A model generated the notes under the pieces. That model saw only the letters and a program-made list of their open reading frames with translations, made no database searches and had not been told where the DNA came from. The position numbers were made by a program, and so were the translations under genes. Positions 1 through 9,301 of a DNA stretch of 64,000 nucleotides are shown one piece after another. Within the stretch, counting starts at the first letter, position 1. Each line of letters starts with the position of its first letter. The stretch comes from a virus (Duplodnaviria; Caudoviricetes), in the IMG/VR virus record IMGVR_UViG_3300036403_000039, positions 1,604 through 65,603 of that record. One strand, 5' to 3'.

Positions 1-633
1 AATCTGGGTGGGCGAACCGATGGTCAGCATCTCCTCAAAGATGCGCCGCACCACCGCCGCCTCCGCGTCGTTGATGACCAGTAGACGGTTCTCGACGTCG
101 TAGCCCAAGGGTGGCACGCCCCCCATCCACATCCCTTTGCGTTTGCTGGCGGCGATCTTGTCGCGGATGCGCTCGCCGGTGACCTCGCGCTCGAACTGGG
201 CGAAGGACAGCAGCACGTTGAGCATCAGCCGTCCCATCGAGGTGGTGGTGTTGAACTGCTGCGTAACCGACACGAACGACACGCCCTGGCGCTCGAACAC
301 CTCGACCATCTTGGAGAAGTCGGCAAGGCTGCGCGTCAGGCGGTCAATTTTGTAGACCACCACGATGTCGATCTGGCCGCACTCGATGTCGGCCATCAGG
401 CGTTTCAGTCCGGGACGATCCGTGTTGCCGCCGGAGAAGCCGGGGTCGTCGTAGTCGTCGGCCACCGGAATCCATCCTTCTGCGCGTTGGCTGGCGACGT
501 AGGCGTGGCCAGCCTCCTTCTGGGCATCGATGGAGTTGAACTCCTGGTCAAGGCGCTCGTCCGACGACACCCGGCAGTAGACGGCGCAGCGTTTGCGTGC
601 CTTGGGAGATGCAATTTGTGCAGCGTCGCTCAT
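1..633 (-). CDS. Large serine recombinase/integrase, N-terminal part (runs off window)
   Basis: Manual translation from ATG at 633: MSDAAQIASPKARKRCAVYCRVSSDE...DDPGFSGGNTDRPGL...VVVYKIDRLTRS (resolvase catalytic YxRVS and DRLxR motifs); start overlaps the DUF2924 stop. Confidence 0.93.
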   Translation of the reverse strand, partial: MSDAAQIASPKARKRCAVYCRVSSDERLDQEFNSIDAQKEAGHAYVASQRAEGWIPVADDYDDPGFSGGNTDRPGLKRLMADIECGQIDIVVVYKIDRLTRSLADFSKMVEVFERQGVSFVSVTQQFNTTTSMGRLMLNVLLSFAQFEREVTGERIRDKIAASKRKGMWMGGVPPLGYDVENRLLVINDAEAAVVRRIFEEMLTIGSPTQI

Positions 634-1085
634 TGCGCACCTGCCTTGCCGGTCAGGCCGAAGAACAGCGGGCCCGACCAGTGCGTGCCGGTGATCTGGC
701 GGGCCACGGCGGTCAGGCTCTTGAAGGTACTGCCCTCGTATTCGAACAGGCCGTCGGCGGTGACCGCCACCTTGTGTTCGCGGTCGCCCCATTCGCGAAG
801 CAGCACCGTGCCGGGCGCGAAGTTGATGTCGCGTGGACGTGCCCGCAGCTTGATCTTGGAATGCTTGGCTCCGATGGCTTCCAGCCGCTGGCGCGTGTTG
901 TGCGCCAGACCGCCGAAGGCTTCTTCCTGCATCTTGTAGGCGATGCGCGACTCAATGAAGACGCGGTTGGGGTTGATGGGGCGGCTGCTGAAGTACCGAT
1001 CCCACACTGGCCACAGCTCAGTGATGGGCAGGCTCGACAGCTCCGCGATCTGCGCGGCGACGGATGCTTGTTTCTCGTTCATCAC
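630..1085 (-). CDS. DUF2924-family protein (serine recombinase-associated)
   Basis: IAYKMQEEAFGGL, PGTVLLREW, YEGSTFKSLTAVARQITGTHWSGPLFFGL; directly upstream of the recombinase. Confidence 0.85.
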   Translation of the reverse strand: MMNEKQASVAAQIAELSSLPITELWPVWDRYFSSRPINPNRVFIESRIAYKMQEEAFGGLAHNTRQRLEAIGAKHSKIKLRARPRDINFAPGTVLLREWGDREHKVAVTADGLFEYEGSTFKSLTAVARQITGTHWSGPLFFGLTGKAGAQ

Positions 1086-1273
1086 AACTTCTCCTGTTGA
1101 TAGGGGGTTGTATGAACACGCTGGTCGGGCAGGAAGCCAAGGCCAACTTCTCTCTGTTTTGGCGCTTCTGCGACGACGGTGCGGACGATAGCGGCCGCAA
1201 GGATGGCGGTGATTTCACCAGCGCGGGCGCTGGCGGACATCTCCGAGGGAGATGCGAGTTCGAGGTTCTTCAT
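1082..1273 (-). CDS. Small hypothetical protein (3' end overlaps repeated upstream motif)
   Basis: 63 aa ORF with GGAG upstream; overlaps the DUF2924 start. Confidence 0.5.
   Translation of the reverse strand: MKNLELASPSEMSASARAGEITAILAAAIVRTVVAEAPKQREVGLGFLPDQRVHTTPYQQEKL
1115..1141 (-). promoter_or_regulatory. Conserved upstream motif, copy 1 (CTTGGCTTC-N6-GACCAGCGTGTT)
   Basis: Near-identical to copies at 16425, 17439 and 17731; about 30 bp upstream of the DUF2924 start. Confidence 0.65.
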
Positions 1274-1378
1274 GACGGCTCCGAGGAATTGGAATCGTCA
1301 GAAATAATGAACCTGAACCGTCGGAGAGGATGGCAACGCAGAGTAATCGGAAGAATGAATTGCGCGTTTACGAAACAG

Positions 1379-1407
1379 TTGACTGGCGAACGGCTTGGAT
1401 CTATGAT
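1379..1407 (+). promoter_or_regulatory. Sigma70-type promoter of repressor operon
   Basis: TTGACT(1379-1384)-17 bp-TATGAT(1402-1407). Confidence 0.7.
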
Positions 1408-1412
1408 TCGAG

Positions 1413-1432
1413 CAATTAACCAATTACGCAAT
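1413..1432. promoter_or_regulatory. Putative repressor operator
   Basis: CAATTAACCAATTACGCAAT, repeated as CAATTAACCGTTCGCGCAAT at 2592-2611. Confidence 0.5.
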
Positions 1433-1444
1433 TAGGATACGACC

Positions 1445-1723
1445 ATGCCTTTCGGAGACTTCATTCGCAAAAAGCGCGAAGAGAAGCAGATCCAGATGAA
1501 TGACTTCGCGCGTCAGCTCGAGATCTCGCCTGCCTACTGGTCACGCATAGAGCGCAACATGGAAAAGCCGCCCAAGGACGAGCTGATCCGCAAGGCTGCT
1601 GAGGTTCTGGGCATCGATCCGGACGACGCTTTCGTCGAAGCCAGTCGTCTGCCGCCAGACATGCGCGAAGATGTGGCCAGCGTGGTGCGGATGTACCGCC
1701 GGGAAGTGACGGAGAAAAAGTGA
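1445..1723 (+). CDS. Xre/Cro-C1 HTH repressor
   Basis: FGDFIRKKREEK...ARQLEISPAYWSRIERN HTH_3 pattern. Confidence 0.9.
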   Translation: MPFGDFIRKKREEKQIQMNDFARQLEISPAYWSRIERNMEKPPKDELIRKAAEVLGIDPDDAFVEASRLPPDMREDVASVVRMYRREVTEKK

Positions 1724-2536
1724 ATGCCGGTTCTGACCCTCGACTACCGGCATTGCGATCGCAAGCGCCCCAAATTCATCAAGCACGTTGAGATCGAAGC
1801 CATCGCCGCTCAGGCCCGCCAGCAGCTAGTTGGCGTCGGCGTTGATGCCATTGCCTTCGATGCTTTGCGGCAGATCGACCGTTTGAAAATCAACAACATC
1901 GACTTCGCGCTCGAGGTCAGCACCGAGTGCGATGTGCATGATGAGGATGGCAACCATGTATTCGGGATCTGCGAGTACGACCCCGGTGTTCCGGATACGG
2001 CGATGGTGTGCGTCTCGCCGGTCGGAGAAAAACTCAGTGAACTGCTTGCCCTCAGCACATTGGCCCACGAACTCGGACACGCGGTGTTCGATGCGCCAGG
2101 CTGGATCATGGATGGCAGCAAGGGGCCGGGACTGTTCGACGCCTTTGAACCATGTGGGCAGCGTGCCTACCGCACCACCACGCCGGACAGCGAACACTTG
2201 GCGAAAGTGCCAACAGCCCCTGCAGCAGCACTGGCGACAGAAGTGCATTTTGCCGAGCTGCGCGCCAACGAGTTCATGGGGTCACTGCTGGTGCCGCGCC
2301 AACTGTTGAGCACAGCAGCAGAGGAGCTGGCTCCGGAATACAACGTCAGCGTGCATCGTGGGCCTTCGCTTGATCCTGAGATTCCAGGCACCAGCCTACA
2401 CCTCACCGCTACATCCCCCGCCGAAATGGATTTGCTGGAGCGGGCACTGGCCATGCGTTTTGGCGTCAACCCGCGCTTTGTGCAGGTGCGCTTGCAGCGC
2501 TACGGCCTGACCCGACCGGGGGCTGCAGTGCGCTGA
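1724..2536 (+). CDS. ImmA/IrrE-family metallo-endopeptidase
   Basis: TLAHELGH zincin motif and ELRANEFMGSLLVP; follows the Xre gene. Confidence 0.88.
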   Translation: MPVLTLDYRHCDRKRPKFIKHVEIEAIAAQARQQLVGVGVDAIAFDALRQIDRLKINNIDFALEVSTECDVHDEDGNHVFGICEYDPGVPDTAMVCVSPVGEKLSELLALSTLAHELGHAVFDAPGWIMDGSKGPGLFDAFEPCGQRAYRTTTPDSEHLAKVPTAPAAALATEVHFAELRANEFMGSLLVPRQLLSTAAEELAPEYNVSVHRGPSLDPEIPGTSLHLTATSPAEMDLLERALAMRFGVNPRFVQVRLQRYGLTRPGAAVR

Positions 2537-2559
2537 ACAACGAACCCCAAAACTTCCGC

Positions 2560-2583
2560 GCCGACCTCGCGTCGGCATTTTTT
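2560..2583 (+). terminator. Intrinsic terminator after immA-like gene
   Basis: GCCGAC-ctcgc-GTCGGC followed by ATTTTTT. Confidence 0.6.
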
Positions 2584-2643
2584 GAACCGATCAATTAACC
2601 GTTCGCGCAATCGCGCACATTGTTTCTTAAAGGAGTGGCGTGT

Positions 2644-4038
2644 ATGACAACAACCGAACTGAACAACATCCAATCCAGCAACGTGCCTGCGTTTGCCGAG
2701 ACGGAAAATGGCAAACCCCGGACTCGCGGCAAGGACAACGGCCCCAGCACCTTGCCGCTTCTGGAGCGTCTGGTGCACCTCACCCGCAAAGTGCAGCGCC
2801 CGATGCTGCTGCGGGTGCTACTGGAATCGGCGCGTGGTCAGGAACTCCCTGCCGTACAGGCGTTGACCGATGAGGCCAAAGGCTCACTGCCTATTCCATC
2901 CCGCAATGCGCTGTTCGCACTGGTTGCCGAGATGCAGCCGGAAGTACAGGCTCGCCTCGAACGCGCCGCCGAGCGCATCACATTGCTGGTCGACGAGTAT
3001 GGCGCGTTGGCAGTGACGGAGCTGATGGATGCAAGTAGGCCCGATGATGCGGCCATTCTCGCGGCTCCGTCCGACAAGTACAGCCGGGCGCTCTACCTGT
3101 ATCTGGAACAGGAGTGTGCGACGTCAGGCTCCGTGAAAAATCGCTTCGAGCACGCCGAACAACGCCAGCAGGTGCTGCGGCATTTCCAGAGCGAAAAATA
3201 CTCCAGCCATTACCTCGGACCCAAAGGTGCGCAGCCGGGACTGGACGGGGCTGCGGAGGAAAGTTTGAAACAACGCTTGGCGGAACTGTTCCCGCAGGTG
3301 AAGGCTGATGACATCCTCGTCGAGCCATTCGCCCATCGGGAAAGTGATGCCCCCGATGCACCGGTGCTGATCTTCACGCTGTCGGCCAAATTCAACGGCA
3401 AGCACATCCATTACCCGAAAATCATCAATGGCGAGGACACCGATGTGGATGACTCGTCGACGATTTATGTCCGCTACTCCTGGCACAGCAGCAAAGGCGA
3501 ATTGTCGGTATTCAGTGACGATGAAACCGTGCGGCCCGAACTGGCCAAGGCCTTCCGCGACGTGGTGCTGGGCGGCGATGGCGACATTCACACCATGCCG
3601 ATGCGTGAGTTCGACCTCATGGGTTTCTGCACGCCCGCCATCCTGGCCCGGTTCAAGAAAGACCGTATTGCAGGCATTGAATCCATCGACATCAAGCACA
3701 TTCTGATTGCCAACCCCGAAGTGCGTCAGACCACGCTGAAAAACCGGCTGATCGCCCGCCGCGTGGAGAACCCGTTGCTGATCAAGCGCGACCGTTTCGA
3801 GGATCGCAATATTTACGAGGTGGCGGGCACGGTCTATCCGCTCGTCGACCTGACAAATTACGTCGTGAAGCAGGTCAAACTGACCTTCCGGATCGCCCCG
3901 ACTGCGCATCGCAAAGTGCACGACGTGACAGTGCAGATCACTACGCCCAACGGGTTCAATGATGGCAAGTTGACCAGGGCCGATAGCGAACTGGTGTTTG
4001 CCCAGCTCATGCAACTTGACTGCGCCCGCCAGTACTGA
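2644..4038 (+). CDS. Hypothetical protein (464 aa)
   Basis: Long ORF with AAGGAG RBS before ATG 2644; no motif recognised. Confidence 0.8.
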   Translation: MTTTELNNIQSSNVPAFAETENGKPRTRGKDNGPSTLPLLERLVHLTRKVQRPMLLRVLLESARGQELPAVQALTDEAKGSLPIPSRNALFALVAEMQPEVQARLERAAERITLLVDEYGALAVTELMDASRPDDAAILAAPSDKYSRALYLYLEQECATSGSVKNRFEHAEQRQQVLRHFQSEKYSSHYLGPKGAQPGLDGAAEESLKQRLAELFPQVKADDILVEPFAHRESDAPDAPVLIFTLSAKFNGKHIHYPKIINGEDTDVDDSSTIYVRYSWHSSKGELSVFSDDETVRPELAKAFRDVVLGGDGDIHTMPMREFDLMGFCTPAILARFKKDRIAGIESIDIKHILIANPEVRQTTLKNRLIARRVENPLLIKRDRFEDRNIYEVAGTVYPLVDLTNYVVKQVKLTFRIAPTAHRKVHDVTVQITTPNGFNDGKLTRADSELVFAQLMQLDCARQY

Positions 4039-4045
4039 GGTGGCC

Positions 4046-4963
4046 ATGCTGCATTCGGAATATTTGCTGATGCTAGAGCGTACTCGCAGCCTCGAGGAAC
4101 GGCTGTCGTCCGACGATTTGAGTGGACACGCGGCAGATTTCCTCGCTCGGCGCTGGGTGATTGCTGATGGACACCTGACACACATCCTTGTGCCGGTGCT
4201 CGACATTGAGCAGGAGGTCGAGGTTGATGTCGACGATGACCTGCAAACCTACTGCTACCAAAGCCCGGGTTGCCGTGGCCGGGTTGTCACGCGACCGCTG
4301 GCGGATATCACGCTGTACGCGATCAACCTTGATGCTTGGATGGACGAGATCTGCAACCTGCTCGAAATTGAGCCTTCACAGCGGGCACGCCGTCGGGAGG
4401 TCATCGCAGATCACCTCTGGCATTTGGGCAATATCCGAGTGGGCAACACACATCGGCACGCACCGGTTTATCTTGCCCGCCGCATGAATGTTGCAGATCA
4501 GGACTTGCGGCAAGCACTCCTGAACGCCAAGCGGCCCAGCCAAGGCATCGTGCTGACTGCACACGACGTGGATATCGAACTGCCGAACAGCCACCAGACC
4601 TGTGGCATCGACAGGTTGCTGGTGAATTCTGGCGGTGACATCACCTATGACGCCGATCTACTCCATCGCTTGCTGAAGGGTATCGCTGCCGATGCCGACG
4701 ATCCGGATGAATATTTCAATGCAGAGATTGGTGAACTGAAACTGGCCTGTCTCCCTGAGCCCAAGACCTTCAAAGGTAAGCAAAAAGAGGTCATTGCGAT
4801 GTTCTGGAAGGCGCGCCAGCAGCACAGCCTCAAATGGTCGGAAGTCACAACACGAACCAGTTGCGGCAAAGATCCAGACAGTGTTTTTGGCCCCGACTGG
4901 TCAGTCTGGCTGGAGCGTATTGAAGGTCAGCGCGGCTATTACCGGCTGCGAACACGGCAGTAA
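4046..4963 (+). CDS. Hypothetical protein with probable C-terminal winged-helix domain (candidate activator)
   Basis: GAGGT RBS; C-terminus FKGKQKEVIAMFWKA...RGYYRLR resembles OmpR-type wHTH ends. Confidence 0.7.
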   Translation: MLHSEYLLMLERTRSLEERLSSDDLSGHAADFLARRWVIADGHLTHILVPVLDIEQEVEVDVDDDLQTYCYQSPGCRGRVVTRPLADITLYAINLDAWMDEICNLLEIEPSQRARRREVIADHLWHLGNIRVGNTHRHAPVYLARRMNVADQDLRQALLNAKRPSQGIVLTAHDVDIELPNSHQTCGIDRLLVNSGGDITYDADLLHRLLKGIAADADDPDEYFNAEIGELKLACLPEPKTFKGKQKEVIAMFWKARQQHSLKWSEVTTRTSCGKDPDSVFGPDWSVWLERIEGQRGYYRLRTRQ

Positions 4964-4966
4964 ATT

Positions 4967-5018
4967 TCCGGCGATTTTTCCGGAATGCCATCCGGACATC
5001 ATCCGGATTCATATCCGA
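4967..5018. repeat. Five phased TCCGG(A) repeats upstream of early operon
   Basis: TCCGG at 4967, 4979, 4991, 5002 and TCCGA at 5014 (11-12 bp period). Confidence 0.75.
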
Positions 5019-5058
5019 AGAATGAGCAGTGCCCGTTTAGTTCAAAGGAGCACTGCAA

Positions 5059-5325
5059 ATGGCAAATACCCACCCAACGCGACAATATGGCCACGCATCC
5101 CGCGTGTCGTCGCCCCCCTCTGCACACCCGTGCATCGCATTGACTGAAAACGAACTGGCGAGCCGCTGGGGACTTTCGGTCAAAACCCTGCGCCGCTGGC
5201 GACAGGAACAGCTCGGGCCGATCTTCTGCAAGCTCGGCGCGCGTGTCACCTACCTGATCACTGAAGTCGAAGCTTTCGAACGGCGTGTCTCGCGCTACTC
5301 GACCTTCGCTCGTGCGTATCAGTAA
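5059..5325 (+). CDS. AlpA/excisionase-like HTH protein
   Basis: LTENELASRWGLSVKTLRRWR...GPIFCKLGARVTY; AAGGAG RBS. Confidence 0.82.
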   Translation: MANTHPTRQYGHASRVSSPPSAHPCIALTENELASRWGLSVKTLRRWRQEQLGPIFCKLGARVTYLITEVEAFERRVSRYSTFARAYQ

Positions 5326-5336
5326 GGAGGATGACC

Positions 5337-5813
5337 ATGAGCGATCTGACCATCTTCCCCGCCGACATCGCTGAGATGTCCGTCAGCCAACTGGCCGCTC
5401 TGCCGCCCGCGCAGAAAGTCGAGATCGACAAGAACCTCGACGCGGCCATCGACTGGCTCAAGAAGGCGCGCACCAAGTTCGATGCGGCGCTCGACGCGGC
5501 CTACGGTGAACAGGCCCGCGCCGCGCTGCGTGAATCCGGCCGCGATTTCGGCACCGCCCACATCAGCGATGGCCCGCTGCATCTCAAGTTCGAGTTGCCT
5601 AAGAAAGTCAGCTGGAACCAGCAGCAACTGGCCGAAATCGCCGAACGCATCGTGGCGTCGGGCGAAAAGGTCGAGGGCTATCTCGACATCAAGTTGTCCG
5701 TCTCCGAATCCCGCTTCACGAACTGGCCGCCTGCTTTGCAGCAGCAGTTCGCCGCCGCTCGCACCGTGGATTCCGGCAAGCCGTCTTTCACCCTTTCCCT
5801 TGATTCGGAGTAA
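5337..5813 (+). CDS. Phage hypothetical protein
   Basis: AAGGAGG RBS; within the early operon. Confidence 0.75.
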   Translation: MSDLTIFPADIAEMSVSQLAALPPAQKVEIDKNLDAAIDWLKKARTKFDAALDAAYGEQARAALRESGRDFGTAHISDGPLHLKFELPKKVSWNQQQLAEIAERIVASGEKVEGYLDIKLSVSESRFTNWPPALQQQFAAARTVDSGKPSFTLSLDSE

Positions 5814-5818
5814 TGGCC

Positions 5819-6580
5819 ATGAGTGCAATCATTCCTTTCCAGTTCGAAGCGCACGCCGTGCGCGTCCAAGTCGATGAAATCGGGCAACCGTGGTTCAACG
5901 CCGCCGATGTCTGCGACGCCCTGGAGATGGGCAATCCGTCTCAGGCGATCAAGTCCCATGTCGATGGTGATGATCTCCAGAAATTGGAGGTCATCGACAA
6001 TCTTGGGCGCACACAGCGCGCCAACCACGTCAACGAGTCGGGCCTGTATGCCCTGATCCTCGGTAGCACCAAGGATGCCGCCAAGCGTTTCAAGCGTTGG
6101 CTGACCAGCGAGGTATTGCCAGCGATTCGCAAGACCGGCAGCTACACCGCTCCCGGTGTGATGGCTGCCTTGCCCACGCCGACCCACGACCGCGTATCCG
6201 CGATTCTGCTGATCGGCGAGGCCGTGGCGAAGGTGCCGGGCGTCAAGCCGGGCATCGCTGCGGCGGCAACCCTGACTTGCATTCAGGTGAACACTGGCAT
6301 CACCACCGAGGTGCTGCGCCGCGCGTTGCCGTCGGCCAATGAGCCGATCTGCGCCCTCAACGCCACCCAGATCGGCAAGTTGCTCAACCGTTCGGCCAAG
6401 GCCACGAACCAGTTGCTGGCGGCCTGCGGCTTCCAGTTCCGCAACGACCGGGACGAGTGGGAATTGACTGAGGCCGGTGAAGCGTGGGCCGAGGCCATGC
6501 CTTACTCGCGCAACGGCCACAGCGGCTACCAGATCCTCTGGAATCCGGCGGTCGCGGAACAACTGAAGGAGGTGGCGTGA
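5819..6580 (+). CDS. BRO-N family antirepressor-like protein
   Basis: PWFNAADVCDAL...NESGLYALILGS...AKRFKRWLTSEVLPAIRKTGSY. Confidence 0.88.
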   Translation: MSAIIPFQFEAHAVRVQVDEIGQPWFNAADVCDALEMGNPSQAIKSHVDGDDLQKLEVIDNLGRTQRANHVNESGLYALILGSTKDAAKRFKRWLTSEVLPAIRKTGSYTAPGVMAALPTPTHDRVSAILLIGEAVAKVPGVKPGIAAAATLTCIQVNTGITTEVLRRALPSANEPICALNATQIGKLLNRSAKATNQLLAACGFQFRNDRDEWELTEAGEAWAEAMPYSRNGHSGYQILWNPAVAEQLKEVA

Positions 6581-7425
6581 TGTCCCTCCCGATCATTTCC
6601 GCGCAGCAGCGCCTGGCCGAGCGCAAGGGTGTGAAGTTACTGATGCTGGGCAAATCCGGCATCGGCAAAACCACCCGTCTCAAAGACCTCGACCCTGCCA
6701 CCACCTTGTTCCTCGACATCGAGGCGGGCGATCTCGCCGTGGCCGACTGGCCGGGCGACACCATCCGCCCGGCATCGTGGCGGGAGTCGCGTGACTTCTT
6801 CGTGTTCCTCGCGGGCCCGGACAAATCGCTGCCGCCAGAGTCGGCGTTCTCGCAGGCCCACTACGACCACGTCATCGAGAAGTTTGGCGACTCGACGCAG
6901 CTCGACCGTTACCAAACCTTCTTCCTCGACTCGATCACGCAACTGTCCCGGCAATGCTTCGCGTGGTGCAAGACGCAACCCGGTGCCACCAGCGACCGTT
7001 CCGGCAAGCCCGATCTGCGCGCCGCATATGGCCTGCTTGGCCAGGAAATGATCAGCGCTTTGACGCATCTGCAGCACGCCCGCGGAAAGAACGTGGTGTT
7101 CGTGGCCATCCTCGACGAACGCCTCGATGACTACAACCGCAAGGTGTTCGTGCCGCAGATCGAGGGCAGCAAAACCAGCCTGGAGCTGCCCGGCATCGTT
7201 GACGAGGTCGTGACGCTAGCCGAGATCAAGGCCGACGACGGCAGCGCCTACCGCGCCTTCGTCACGCACACCGTCAACCCGTATGGCTTCCCGGCCAAAG
7301 ACCGCAGCGGTCGTCTCGACCTGCTGGAACCGCCGCATCTCGGCGCGCTGATCGCCAAGTGCGCGGGCGCATCCGCTACGCCCGCCAGCGCCGCCACCCC
7401 CACACACATCGAATCTCAGGAGTAA
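6580..7425 (+). CDS. AAA ATPase, Sak4-like single-strand annealing protein
   Basis: Walker A GKSGIGKT, FLDIEAG, FLDSIT, AKDRSG. Confidence 0.8.
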   Translation: MSLPIISAQQRLAERKGVKLLMLGKSGIGKTTRLKDLDPATTLFLDIEAGDLAVADWPGDTIRPASWRESRDFFVFLAGPDKSLPPESAFSQAHYDHVIEKFGDSTQLDRYQTFFLDSITQLSRQCFAWCKTQPGATSDRSGKPDLRAAYGLLGQEMISALTHLQHARGKNVVFVAILDERLDDYNRKVFVPQIEGSKTSLELPGIVDEVVTLAEIKADDGSAYRAFVTHTVNPYGFPAKDRSGRLDLLEPPHLGALIAKCAGASATPASAATPTHIESQE

Positions 7426-7430
7426 TCGCA

Positions 7431-8057
7431 ATGACCGCATGGAATGACTTCAACGACGCCGACGCCCAGCAATCCGGCTTCGATCTGATCCCCAAGGGCA
7501 CCACTGTCCCGGTGCGCATGACCATCAAGCCCGGTGGCTACGACGATCCCGAGCATGGCTGGGGCGGCGGCTACGCCACCGAGTCCTTCGAGACTGGTTC
7601 CATCTATCTCGCCGCCGAATTCGTGGTCACCGCTGGCGACCATGCCAAACGCAAGATGTGGTCGAACATCGGCCTGCACTCCAAAAAGGGGCCGACTTGG
7701 GGCCAGATGGGGCGCAGCTTCATCCGCGCCGCGCTCAACAGCGCCCGCAACGTCCACCCGCAGGACAACGGCCCACAGGCCGCTGCCGCTCGTCGCATCC
7801 AGGGCTTCCATGAGCTTGACGGCTTGGAATTCCTCGCTCGCGTCGACATCGAAAAGGACGGCAAAGGCCAAGACCGAAACGTGGTCAAGGTAGCGGTTGA
7901 ACCCGACCACCCCGACTACGCCAAGTACATGGGCGTGCCGCCCAAGACCGCGGGCGGCGGCAATTCCGGCGCTCCGGCGCAGGCAGCGGCACCTGTGTAT
8001 CAGGCACCGGCACCGCAACGCGCGCCAGTGACGGGCAAACCGTCTTGGGCGCAGTGA
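7431..8057 (+). CDS. Phage ssDNA-binding-like protein
   Basis: FDLIPKGT N-terminus, Pro/Ala-rich tail ending KPSWAQ; follows the Sak4-like gene. Confidence 0.65.
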   Translation: MTAWNDFNDADAQQSGFDLIPKGTTVPVRMTIKPGGYDDPEHGWGGGYATESFETGSIYLAAEFVVTAGDHAKRKMWSNIGLHSKKGPTWGQMGRSFIRAALNSARNVHPQDNGPQAAAARRIQGFHELDGLEFLARVDIEKDGKGQDRNVVKVAVEPDHPDYAKYMGVPPKTAGGGNSGAPAQAAAPVYQAPAPQRAPVTGKPSWAQ

Positions 8058-8066
8058 GGGAGGCCG

Positions 8067-8567
8067 ATGAAATGTTGGGTCTGCAAACGACAAGCACGCG
8101 GCTACGGCCACACAGACGGTCGCTTCAAGACCGGCGATGCACGCCGCTATGTGCTCGACTGGGTGTTCTGCTCACGCCGCTGTCAGGACGCGTTTCACGC
8201 GCTTTACGGCAATTGGCAACGTGCCAAGGAAGGTCGCATCGACCGGACGGAGGTCGCGATGATCGATCCGTCTGATGTCGAACTGGCCGCCATGCGCCAT
8301 TGCCTCAAGGCCTTCGGCGAGGCAGCGGGCGAGATTGGCTTTACCAAACCGCTGGGCGATTACTCCGAAACGGAAGCCCTGCGGGTGATCGACGCCATCG
8401 TCACCTGCTGGTCGGACGCGATGGTCGCGCACCATGAGTCCACCAAGTTCCCGCCCGTGCGGGGCTTGCCGCCCACGCCCGATCCGCTGGCACCGGATGC
8501 CGCCAATCCGTTCGCGGATCTGGAGGATGACCTGCCTTGGGATGAACCGAAGGGGAAGAAGCCATGA
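8067..8567 (+). CDS. DUF6511-like protein with Cys motifs
   Basis: CWVC...FCSRRCQ; acidic tail DDLPW. Confidence 0.65.
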   Translation: MKCWVCKRQARGYGHTDGRFKTGDARRYVLDWVFCSRRCQDAFHALYGNWQRAKEGRIDRTEVAMIDPSDVELAAMRHCLKAFGEAAGEIGFTKPLGDYSETEALRVIDAIVTCWSDAMVAHHESTKFPPVRGLPPTPDPLAPDAANPFADLEDDLPWDEPKGKKP

Positions 8568-9301
8568 TTGACTTTAACTCATCATCGAGCATTTCTGGCC
8601 AGGTCGCCGCCTTGGTCGACGCGGGAATGCAGCAGGCCCGCGCCCGCCAATCCGAGCGCCAGTACCTCGGAGCCTCGCGGCTCGGAGTGGCCTGCGAGCG
8701 TGCGCTGCAGTTCGAGTACGCCAAGGCTCCCATCGACCACGGGCGGGATCACGATGGACGGCTGCTTCGGATCTTTGAGCGCGGCCATGTCATGGAGGAC
8801 TGCATGGTCGCGTGGCTGCGGGAGGCAGGCTTCGACCTGCGCACCCGCAAAGCTGATGGCGAACAGTTTGGTTTCTCGGTGGCAGACGGCCGCCTGCAGG
8901 GGCACATCGACGGCGTCATCGTCGGTGGCCCTGATGGATTCGCCTATCCCGCGCTCTGGGAGTGCAAAGCCTTGGGCAACAAGTCCTGGAGTGATCTGGA
9001 GAAAAAAGGGCTGGCCACGTCCAAACCGATCTACGCCGCGCAAGTGGCGATTTACCAAGCCTATCTCGAACTGCACGAGCACCCGGCGATCTTCACGGCG
9101 CTCAACGCCGACACGATGGAGATCTACACCGAACTCGTGCCCTTTGACGCGGCGCTGGCACAGCGCATGTCGGACCGGGCGGTAAAGGTCATCTCGGCGA
9201 CTGATGCGGGAGAACTGCTGCCGCGCGCCTTCCATGACCCGACCCACTTCGAATGCCGGATGTGTGCCTGGCAAGACCGCTGCTGGAGGACCCAAGCATG
9301 A
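8564..9301 (+). CDS. Cas4-like PD-(D/E)XK exonuclease (Fe-S)
   Basis: YLGASRLGVAC, GHIDG, WECK, QVAIYQ, CRMCAWQDRC. Confidence 0.82.
   Translation: MIDFNSSSSISGQVAALVDAGMQQARARQSERQYLGASRLGVACERALQFEYAKAPIDHGRDHDGRLLRIFERGHVMEDCMVAWLREAGFDLRTRKADGEQFGFSVADGRLQGHIDGVIVGGPDGFAYPALWECKALGNKSWSDLEKKGLATSKPIYAAQVAIYQAYLELHEHPAIFTALNADTMEIYTELVPFDAALAQRMSDRAVKVISATDAGELLPRAFHDPTHFECRMCAWQDRCWRTQA

Noticed and set aside
8564-9301. CRISPR-Cas locus suggested by the Cas4-like gene
   Set aside because: No repeat-spacer array or other cas genes; the context is phage recombination
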